Of a stretch of DNA of 64,000 bases, positions 26,407-36,443 are shown piece by piece. The translations under genes were made by a program, and so were the position numbers. The notes under the pieces were generated by a model, which did not search any database, was not told the DNA's origin, and was given only the letters and a program-made list of their open reading frames with translations. The DNA is from Lepidodermella squamata (Eukaryota; Animalia; Gastrotricha), in NCBI GenBank assembly GCA_047495785.1, contig JBLDXI010000050.1:248001-312000 (forward strand), written 5' to 3'. Numbering within the stretch: position 1 is the stretch's first letter; each line of letters opens with the position of its first letter.

Positions 26407-29400
26407 TTAGTACGCTGAAAGAGAGATAAGACAGATAATTGTCAAGTTTTGCAATTCCGTGAAATGACTCGCGCTGTTTGTTGACCTGCCTTTAACAACA
26501 GGTTGTTTCGCTGAACTATCCGACGCTTTTCTATCCAGTAATGGCCCGTCGATTTTTCGGATTTGAACTGCGCCCAATCGCGATGCCTCTAGTCCGTTTG
26601 CCAGCCTCGCGTTCACTATTTCTCTTAGCTTCTCAGTTGCTACGGCGACTTTGAACGCGATCTCACTCTCGGTTAGCTGCGTCAAACTCCTCAGAACTAC
26701 AATGTAGTCGGCAATGATGCTGCCCTTGCGGAAACCGGTAACGTTCACCATAAGTACCTCGCAATTCAACAGTTCACATGTCTTATCTGCTTGCTGTCGA
26801 ATCACCGGCAGCATGAAATCGGCCAAAGCGGTGAAGTTTCGCGAGCCAGGTTGATCTAAGCTCGAATCCCAAGGTTGGGATGAAATCGTGATGTTAACAT
26901 TCGGAATATCAATGACATCACCGATAATACTCATATTCATCGCTGGCACGTATGTGTAGAACGTCTCAGACGTGATCATTGCAGCGGTAGTGCTCGAAGC
27001 TTGGAGGAATAGAGATGGAGTGAGCACTGCCCTTTATCAGCGCGCACTATCGTCGGACAAAGGGTGAGTGGCGCAGCAGGGCGCCCGCATTGTTCAGCTC
27101 ACGTGACTGCGAACGCGCGCACATTTTTTAAAACTTTGATGCGTTATTTCTCAGCAACTGTGCATCGCATCGATGCCGTTTTTTGATGTACCGGTAGGAT
27201 TCACTATTGTCTATAACTATACCAAATTTTATTGAAACATCCTTTACCGTTGAGAAATAAACGGTACCACAAGGTTTTGTATTGCGCGGCAGCATTAAAA
27301 ACATAGGCGCTCGCGTATTATTCAAGTTTCTCCCTAATCCTAGGTCAGAGTAAAGTAATTTTTAGATGTACCGGTGCGTCTCGCTTTCTGCTACCTACAT
27401 TCCAAAGCGCAGCTCAATATCACAAAAATTGACGAAAAAAACGGTACCAACGTGCAGTCGTTTCCTCATCTCGCGCGCGCGAGTGAGGCAGGCGGCGGGC
27501 CCCCCATCGTGCGCGCGATACGATCTCGTTAATAGGGCAGTGCTCACTCCATTACTATTCCTCCAAGGCTCGAAGAGATATCTCGAGTTAAGAGCATTGT
27601 TGTACTATTAGGGGATGAAGTAGAACTAGATTGGAAATATTCTGTGATAGCAGCGGTAGTACTAGAAGAAGAAAGATCGGTGATACTTGTTGTACCAGCT
27701 GTACTCGTCGAAGTAGTAGTAACAAGACCGTTTGTGTAGAACTTGACTTGGTGCAAATAGGCTTGTGTCAAGATAGGCAGTGTGTGACGTATCTGATTCT
27801 GGGCGTATACCCCCATAATTATATCATCAGCTATCGAGTTGAATGGGCTAATGTCGACCGAAAGTAAAAATGCGATGGAGCTGGTGTCCTGGCAGAACAC
27901 TGTAAGATTTTTCCCGACCTTTTCAAGAATAATCGCCTGGGGTGAACAATATTTGGTTACATTGGTTGCCATCACCATGTTAGCAAGAGGCACAGGCTCG
28001 CCCGAGTATTGAATTTCGTAACGACCAGTTTTAGAACGGCGAACTAACATCCCAGCAAACGTGTCAACTTTCAGGTTGAAGGCTCTGTTTTCACTTGAGC
28101 CTTTTGTTGGATCGATTGAGGTTGGAGTTGCGACAAACCAAATTTCAAAATCTACACTATCGGTGTCAATAGAGATGTGGAATTCTGCGCGGAAATCGAT
28201 CGATGCTTTAAAAGTCTGAAAATAACAGGTTTTTAGGTTTTCGAAACTTGATTTTTTAGTTGTAATTTGCCGAAAATTCAATTTTTTAGGCATCGATTTC
28301 AAAACTTACTAAAGGAGACCACACTACGCCTTGCTGGCCCATTGCGGCCAATCGAATTGTCATGCCGTTCCTCGTTATCGTCGCCGCCCCTCGGCGGTAA
28401 AATTTATCTACGATTAAGTTAGAAATATACTCGTTAAAGCAGAAATATTCACATGTAAAAGAGAAAACTTTCCTCGACTTACGGAAGTTTGCTATGTTCA
28501 TCGACAAATTCTCGTCGTAAATCCAAGCGCAGGATTGGCAAGAATCAGGAGTCGATGCGTCAGGAGACAAAACGGCTGTGAGAAAGGTAGCTGAAAAGCG
28601 GAGTATTTTGAAAACTCTTCATCTAACCTGATTTACATTGCCGGGTGAGTATATCAAGTGAATCATAATCTGAATAGAAAAAATTGAACGTCATGAGACA
28701 GGCAATCGCCCCAGAGGAATTGGATCTAAAAAGGGTTGTTATATAAGTACCTTTCGGCTTGTCCCTTATCACTTACGCTTCGCCTAGAGTGAAATCAACC
28801 CCGGTGTTAGGAATGGTCCCGTTTCCGGCTGTTAATGATCCTTTGTTAGATTTCACAGCCCCGAAGGCAGAAAGTGCTGCCTTGGCTATTTTCGCATCGT
28901 GGCCGACTAAATACAGTACCCAGCCGTCGTAATTTCCGTAGTCTTTATTTTGGACAGGAGAGATTCTTCCTGGAAGATCGATATTCACCGTACCATTGAT
29001 AACTGATATTTTGTTAACAATGTTCCCAGATGAGATTTTCACCAGATCGCCGAGGAAGAAGCCCCTCGCTAGCACGGCAATGGACCAGATCGGACCGGAT
29101 ATTTGTGTGACGCTGTCTACATTTTTCAACCATCCGCCATTTGATCCACCTACGTTATACCCTGTTTCTATTAACTTCCCTGGAACAGTTGTTAGAGCTG
29201 CCCCATTGATTGCGGCGAAACTGGTGGTGCCTGGAGTAATCGCTCTGAGCATTGTATCGTTAGTCAACGGCCAGTAAGCTGTTAGCTTTGAGGGAGGTGT
29301 ATCTGCGGGTTCGCCACAATCAAAACTAGTAGGATCTGGTAGAAATTTGCCGTTGAGACAGGTCGATTGAATGTAAGCTCCACACGCGCAGAAATCCTTA

Positions 29401-29865
29401 ACGATCGCATTTCCTACGACAGCTTTCAAAGATGAAGCGTCAGTCCAGGTTGCTTCGTCGTCGACGCTGATTTTGTACTTATGTCCGGTTATTAGTGCAA
29501 CTGGCCAATCGCATGTTTGATTGCTCATTTCTTGGAGGGAATCTAAAATGTCCTAATTTCATATAAAAATGTCTAACACTAAATAATTCACTGAAGTCTG
29601 TGCAACTGCTGATGCTTTTAGTCCACCAGCGACTGTCCAAACATTTTGTCGCAGTAGCAGATGAGCTGTCGTTGCAGGTCACAAAAACAGTTGTTCCCAG
29701 ATCAAAAACGTTGACAACGGCCGGCGAAAAACTCTGACGATTCAGGTATGTATTGCTGCGGTATGTCGTTATATTCGAGTGAGTGGCGTTCCAGATGCAA
29801 GTTTCTGAATTCTCGGCTATGCAAGCGGTTATGCCTGCTAAAAGGGCAATAAGTCGTGCCAGCAT
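26407..29865 (-). pseudogene. Array copy 7; last exon split by a 568-bp TIR element (disrupted unless rescued by splicing)
   Basis: ORFs 27544-28302 and 26407-27027 are the two halves of the last exon, on either side of the insertion. Confidence 0.7.
27000..27567. mobile_element. Non-autonomous DNA transposon, 34-bp TIRs, 8-bp TSD
   Basis: TIR cttggaggaatag(ag/ta)atggagtgagcactgccct at both ends; TSD gctcgaag at 26992-26999 and 27568-27575. Confidence 0.92.
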
Positions 29866-30150
29866 CTCGAAAATTCAACAAAATGTGCAGGATTTTCCCG
29901 AGAAGATTGATTAATGTAAGCCTCGTTATTTTCTTTTAAAAAGACGCCTCGAACAAGCGAGAGAACTTTTGTCCTGGTAAAATCAATGTTTGAACTTGAT
30001 GTTTGAAATGTTTGAAAATCCCAGGCATGAAGCAATTAAATGTAAACCGTAATATCACTAGGAAACTAGGAACAATTGGGTTATGGGTTACGTATCAGCT
30101 GAAGATGAACAATTAATTTTGAGAGTTCACTTCGCAACTCGCGCATTTCA

Positions 30151-30290
30151 AGCTGTGCAAGCGGTTACGCGCCATGAGCGTTTCTATAATTTCGAAATTT
30201 CGGAATTTCGAAATAAAAAAAAACATTTGTTCGATATCCTCAGGAATACTGGTGCATGAGAGTAAACAACTCGTTTATTTTGCAATTAAG
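30151..30290 (-). pseudogene. Decayed exon-1/promoter remnant of an eighth array copy
   Basis: gctgtgcaagcggttacgc...atttcgaaat...aaacaactcgtt(t/a)attt matches 19585-19720 (copy 5 signal peptide and upstream region). Confidence 0.55.
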
Positions 30291-30718
30291 ATGCTGCGCA
30301 ATAATGGATGTGCCTTGGTCTTGACAAAATCAATTCGTTTGGAGACTTTGATGATGAGAATTTGAGGACTGGAAAGCCCGGACATCACGCATAACCAGTT
30401 TGTATAGTATGAGAAGTGGGATAAATGAGAGGTATCGTACGAGAGGTCCAGGCAAAAAAACTCGGCAAATCCAAGTAGGATGAAAATTCGGGGCCGAAAT
30501 GAACTAAAAAAACACAACGCGTGGATTTCACTATGATGTAAACAGGCAAATAAGCATAAATTTTCAGAGCTGGCTGAACAACTGATTCGTCCTTTCTACG
30601 TTTTCTGCTGCTGAATTAGATAATTTCTCTATTGAGTGATGATACAAAAAGAGATAACTGCATCGCGTCTCAGCCGAATTTCGAGTTTATTTCTTTATCA
30701 ACTCAACATGATAATTTA

Positions 30719-32344
30719 TTATAGCCAATTATCTGCGGTCTTAGAACACAGTTTGTGGCGCCATTGGCCACGGAATCGGAACCATTTATTTACGACCCAT
30801 TTCTCGCCCCTAATGACAGGGCACGCGCCATGCAACGTTCGACGATCAACCGTTTCATCAGGCTGGACGTTGTACCAAAACAGCCCAGCACCCATCTCAG
30901 GCTCAACTCGTAGATTCAGCTGACTGAAAATGGTCGATCCGCCTTGCTCAACGGCATTGAGGTAGATCAGCAAGGTAGCTAGTCTATCACCGAATTTCCC
31001 AGTAGGGTGGGGATGGATAAAGTCATAATGAGGCTTATAGTGACCTCCGATGCCGTACTTGCTCACTTGAAACGGCTCACTCGAATCTTCATCCTGAGCT
31101 TCCAAATCGAAAATCGCCTTAATTCTCCTTGCTAAACTCGGAAAGAATGAAGAGTTGACCCACGCTATGTCAGACTGTCGGATTTCTGAGTTGATCATTC
31201 CCTCTTTGAAGGGTGATAAAGTCTTTGCAGCTTCGAATGAATGTTCAGCCATTGATGTGATATATTGGATATCTCTCCGGCAAATCAAATCGTGAACCAG
31301 CACAACTACAGGGTCCTTGCTCAATATCTCTTTCTTGGCTGGCGACAAGACAAGGAGAGGGTTGAAATTTCGATTTTCGAGTACACAGCTCAGTTTTTCG
31401 GAGTTTTCACTAGGGACCTTCCTGCAAAGCTCGTATATTGAATCCAAGGCCATTTGTTGAGCTGCCTCGCTTGTTTTTTCAGCCTGAAAATCCCAAATAA
31501 GTGAATTTCTCGATAATTTCTCAAGGCTTACGTGTTGAGGGGTCGAATAGCTTTCAACAATATTCCCAAACCATTTTCTCTGCTCAGAAGTAAGACCTTC
31601 CAGCGTCAAACCAAGCTTTGCTGCCTGGACAGCCTCTGTCGTGTTGATAAGAGTAGCCAAGGCTGAGAGCTTCTCTAAAATGGAGATTTTCAAACTAGCA
31701 TCTCCATCAAGCAGCTCGTAAGCAGCTTTGATTAGCTTGTATGCATATGTGGTATGTCCCATCTTTTCGAAAATTATTGAAATTTCGAGCAATAACGACT
31801 CATCTCCAGGTTGAAAATCAACAGGTATTTTGTGATTTTCGAACGGCTCTTCAAAACGGCCGGAATTCTCGATAGCAATATCTGCATCTATTTCAATTAC
31901 TCTTCGAAGCAATCTCTTGCGATATTCGTTCGGGTTTTCTTGCAAGGCGATTAGACATATTTCCAGCGCTTCGTTGCGATCGAAATTGTTATACGTCACT
32001 TCTTGAAGGTGGAACAAAATCCTGCTAAGATCGATTGTGTTTGGAAAATTAACGGATTTAGTTGTGTTGTAAGCTTCCCAAGCATCGATAAGGCCATTGT
32101 AGACTTCCTCTGGTTGAATCTTTGTGACTGCATCGTAGAACAAAGCAGCTTCATCGCCAGGGTCGAAATTTGGTGATTTAGAATTCACATGGAAACCAGT
32201 TGCTTTCAACAGCGTTGATGATAATTTGAAGCGATGCAGTTGGCCGTAAATTCGCTTTTCAGCATATTTTACGTTGATTGTTAAGTGGCGTAGTAAAAAG
32301 TATATTGCGATACACGACAAAAGTGATTTAGTTATGCATGCCAT
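30719..32344 (-). CDS. Prolyl 4-hydroxylase alpha subunit-like (intronless)
   Basis: N-terminal hydrophobic segment; PAKKEILSKDPVVVLVHD; 2OG-Fe motifs HYD, ATLLIYLNAVEQGGSTIF, LHGACPVIRGEKWVVNKW; first ATG at 32344. Confidence 0.92.
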   Translation of the reverse strand: MACITKSLLSCIAIYFLLRHLTINVKYAEKRIYGQLHRFKLSSTLLKATGFHVNSKSPNFDPGDEAALFYDAVTKIQPEEVYNGLIDAWEAYNTTKSVNFPNTIDLSRILFHLQEVTYNNFDRNEALEICLIALQENPNEYRKRLLRRVIEIDADIAIENSGRFEEPFENHKIPVDFQPGDESLLLEISIIFEKMGHTTYAYKLIKAAYELLDGDASLKISILEKLSALATLINTTEAVQAAKLGLTLEGLTSEQRKWFGNIVESYSTPQHVSLEKLSRNSLIWDFQAEKTSEAAQQMALDSIYELCRKVPSENSEKLSCVLENRNFNPLLVLSPAKKEILSKDPVVVLVHDLICRRDIQYITSMAEHSFEAAKTLSPFKEGMINSEIRQSDIAWVNSSFFPSLARRIKAIFDLEAQDEDSSEPFQVSKYGIGGHYKPHYDFIHPHPTGKFGDRLATLLIYLNAVEQGGSTIFSQLNLRVEPEMGAGLFWYNVQPDETVDRRTLHGACPVIRGEKWVVNKWFRFRGQWRHKLCSKTADNWL

Positions 32345-32658
32345 ATTCCGGGATTTTGACTGTGAAGCCAACAATTCAGCCAGTGGTTAAAACCTCAGCG
32401 ATCGATTTTTATCGATGCCGACCCATCAGCAAATGCACGTAAAATTCAATTTTCACCTGAGAATACTTTATATTCTAATCGGTAAACCTTTTTTCTTTTT
32501 CGAGGCATATGCGATCCAAACGAATCAAAAGTTTAATGCGTTCAATAATTTATTTGGAACTTGTAAAATTGAAACTGATATGTATAAGTAGAAAAGGTCC
32601 GGGTTTAGCGTTATAATATAAGCCTTACTGGCGTATTACACGGAAATATTGCATAGAA

Positions 32659-33114
32659 TCAGTATGAAAAAGCGTCATGAGTGTCAGTTGCCCAAACAGG
32701 TTTGCTGTTCTTGTCGTAGATCACCAGGTTGCAATCGTTCAGTAGCTTCATTTTGTACGGCCCCTGTCCAAGACCACCGGAACCAGAATTCCAAACAGGC
32801 TGCCTACAGCGGCGCTTGTTTGGCCGGCACGATTTGTAGAGAACCAGTTCGCCATCGCCTTTCAGCATCAATTGGTGCCGATTGTACAGCGATTGGCGGC
32901 TATTTGAGCTCCACAAGGCTGTTCCTTGCTTATTGAATAGCACCATGTTGAGATCGAGCTGAACCTTCAACGTGCAATGGCCGTTTGATGAATGGATAGT
33001 ACTACTACATCGACCACCGTCCACGTCAGAAGCGCAGTAGTCGGCTTTCCCACTAACAGGCAATGCATTCGAAGTTCCAATAGAAAATAACAAAACCCCG
33101 ATAGCTGCTATCAT
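32659..33114 (-). CDS. Secreted bulb-type (B-lectin/GNA-like) lectin
   Basis: Signal peptide; three QxDxNxVxY-derived motifs (QLDLNMVLF, KGDGELVLY, LNDCNLVIY), each followed by LW/VW. Confidence 0.88.
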   Translation of the reverse strand: MIAAIGVLLFSIGTSNALPVSGKADYCASDVDGGRCSSTIHSSNGHCTLKVQLDLNMVLFNKQGTALWSSNSRQSLYNRHQLMLKGDGELVLYKSCRPNKRRCRQPVWNSGSGGLGQGPYKMKLLNDCNLVIYDKNSKPVWATDTHDAFSY

Positions 33115-33766
33115 TTTTTGGTCTAGTCAAACTGCTACTGAATAGTCACTAGGTTTTAGGATAGGGCTTATATGAGTAATTGTTTGCCAATCGTTTTGTT
33201 AGCCTGCAATATCCGGTGAAGCGTGGGTCGTATTGGCAGCCAATGCTATGTGATTCATGTTTGCTCAACGTTGCGGAACTTGAATTCACGACAGTTTTAT
33301 TACAAACCCGAACAAAATGAATGCTGTTGACAATTTTAATTCAATATACGTGAGAAATTTGTAGATTTTGTGTTTCGCCTTCTTTCTAGATTGCAGGATG
33401 AGCCGAATCAATTTTTGCCATTTCGCGAAGTTGAATTACATGGGAAACGGGCAATTTTTTATTTAAGGTACATTTTTATATTAATAATTAATTCTTAAAT
33501 GGGGATCTGGGAATTTCCTTGTCGCAATGTTCCAAATCGAGGCATTAAGTGCGGTATCGAAAAAGTCCAAAGTAAGGATTTCAAAATCAGTAGTACAAAG
33601 GGATGAAGCGAAAAATGAATCATCCTAAACTGTTACATACCACAACAAAATATTTTATTAAACAGATTTAATTAAAATAAAAGCCCAGCTTTTCCATCAC
33701 ATTTGTTCGTTGTCATTTTCACAACACAAAGTCAGTTTTCGAGATTTAAGCCCTATATTTCCCGCT

Positions 33767-36117
33767 TTACATCGTCCAGTTGGCCATATCGCCAATATAA
33801 GCGTGAAGGGCTATGAAGACGTAAAGACAGAGGCTGCCGCATATGATGTCAAGCGCCCTAACAATGCCAATATTGTTCAAAAACCGCACACATCCATTGG
33901 CACCCCTTAGTTGAAATGATGGCAAGCCAAAATCGAAGCGCTGTAGCACATGCTCGTGGCACAGCGTGACCAGCTGGTACAGGGTACAAGCTGCAGAAAG
34001 CCACGATAGGCACGTGACATACTCAGCCAGAAAAATGCGCTGAGGTGACTTTGGAACGTTATTCGCGACGTTAGTCTGGCCAACAGCCATTGCTAACATA
34101 ACGGCCATTGAAAATGCAGGCCTATCCGGGACGTTCGGCGGCATGAAAAACGAGTTCATTTCAACGAGGAACAAAATCGCGTTAGGCATGATGATGTTCA
34201 TGATGAAATAGGTCGGATTCCTGCGAACTGTGACTGCAAAATACACAGTGCTACTCTGCTTACCCCTATAGAGTAAGGTGGAAACGGTAGATGACGTATT
34301 TACAAAAATCCAATGGCTGCTATCGCCTCTATCGTTCCAGATGAAGACAGGATCGTAGAAACTTATCAGCGATACGGCTCGACTTAGCGAGAAGATGAAC
34401 GCGCAAGTTTGCTCGTCAAATGGAAAGTCGTGCAGGGTTAAATCACAGCTAGCTGTATACTTCCCATCTTTCAGCCAATAGAAGTCCAGGGTTCGATTTG
34501 GTGAATTGGCAACCTTAGTTGAGGTCAGCATCAAATCTTCGCCGTAGGCTGTACTCAGATGCATGTAGGTATTGCCCTGATCGCTGCCTATGAAGCGGAA
34601 ATTCGGCGTCCAGAAATCGCGAGAGCTGGAAACGTAGATTTGCTCGGTCGGCTTGGCGTACGGCCATTCCGAACTTGGGACCTGGCATGTTGTGACAGTC
34701 CACTTCAAAAGCAGCTGGCCAACAACAGAAATCGTTTCTTGGACGGTATCGATTTCGAGCAGCTTCTCAACAGAAAATGCAGGTCGAATTAGGAAAGGAG
34801 CGCCCGGTACCGCAGGGGGCGGGGCGGCACGATCAAAGGAAAAATCTTGGCACATTGCTACGATTGTTTGGGCGTTCTCAACGGAAATTGGCATCTCATA
34901 AACGTCAGATTTAGCTGCAGTTGAAGATCGAGGAGCTCCATAGAAAGAGCTGCCAGATTTATCAGGAACTGTCACTGTCACACTAGGGCTGAAAAGGCCT
35001 TGGAGCTGTTGGGATGACTTTGTATTCGTAACAATAGTGTTCAAGCTTTCTAATAACGGCGAGACTTGATTTTAGGACTTGATTGTAACAACTCAAACTT
35101 ACGGCTCATTTCCGCAGTATCCCCCGTATAGTTATAGCCAATAGGGGTTGGCAGCTTCTGAACCTTTAGGCAATCCCATACAGCAATCGAGTAGACTTCG
35201 AACGACGATTGAACTTCTCCTTCATTCAACGCCGCGATTCCTAGCTTGAGGTTATCAGTTATCGATAACGAACTCATTGAACCTTGAAGAAGGACATTAT
35301 CAAACACTCGTGCGCATGTCGTTGTGTTGTAGACGCAAACTTCAAGGCCGACAACCGACGAGCCAGTCACGCGAATTTTCCAGGTCGCCTTCACATTTGC
35401 CATATAGGTGTTCAAAAAATATTGGGTAACTCGAATACAACGATCAGCATTGGCGGAACAATCAGAATACCACAGAGTACCATCCGGCTTCGTGAACATA
35501 TTTGCGAAAATTCCGTTTTGGCTAGGCGAGACCATTAGGGTGAAACCTACCATCCAATGAATTTACCGGAAATTTCTATGAAAAATGGGGCCATACCTTT
35601 GTAGACGTCTCTCAAAACCCCGTATTCATTTCCCTTCGTCACGGTTGAGTAGCCAGAGGTCGGTCTTTCGATCGAATTTTCATTGGCTATCAAAAAAGCC
35701 CAGCCTCGAGTGGTTTTGCCATCAGTCAGCGATTGTTGATCAGCAGCAACTAATGGACCCATTTTCACCGTAATTTCAGCGTAGAAATCTTCCATGTAAG
35801 AAGGCTAGGTAAATTTAAAGTTTAATTAAGCTGGAAACTACTGAAAATCTTACAGATCTCGCCCACATACTGCCCTCGATATCGTTGGATTCCGATAGAA
35901 GTCGAACGGCTCCTGCATTTTGAGAGGTTGTAGAACCTTTCGTTATCAAAGATTGATCGACGTAGACGTCCCAGAAGTTCTTCAAATCGCTAGATTTTAG
36001 ATAGGAAATGTCCTCCCTTAAATAACCCGTTGAACAAGCTAGTTGCTGTAAGTATGTCAGTTGCTCTGATGATTTCCAGAGGAAACCGAGACAAAATAGA
36101 CTCACGAGAAGTTTCAT
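33767..36117 (-). CDS. L-type lectin-Cys-loop ligand-gated ion channel fusion, paralog 1 (732 aa predicted)
   Basis: Exons 36117-35854, 35804-35597, 35546-35103 and 35049-33767, joined by 49-, 50- and 53-nt GT-AG introns, all in frame. Cys-loop CDLTLHDFPFDEQTC, WTP, VRRNP and four TM helices. Confidence 0.85.
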
Positions 36118-36443
36118 CCTGGAAATTGTAACGAGGTTTATTTTAGTCGAGAAATTCTGGCAATTACTCGATCGAATTTTATTTTTTTCGGATTTTTTGT
36201 TCCTCTGCGATTCATTTTTTATTCATTAATCGTAGGCTGGAAGCTTTTTCCGAAATGGTAATGGATTCGCATAATTGATGTGGTTGCGAAATGCGCTAAG
36301 CAAGCGCTTCATTTAATAAAAGCTATTTGGTGACGCAGTTCGATTGATAAAGCCTGGAATTTAAATTTATCTCAAAAACGTGAAAAGGACCTTGTGGAAA
36401 ATAAAGTAGGACAATTAAAGATATCAGTCCTGTTCATTCTTGT

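Noticed and set aside
7506-29277. Recurrent plus-strand ORFs across the array
   Set aside because: Antisense shadows of the minus-strand paralogous exons
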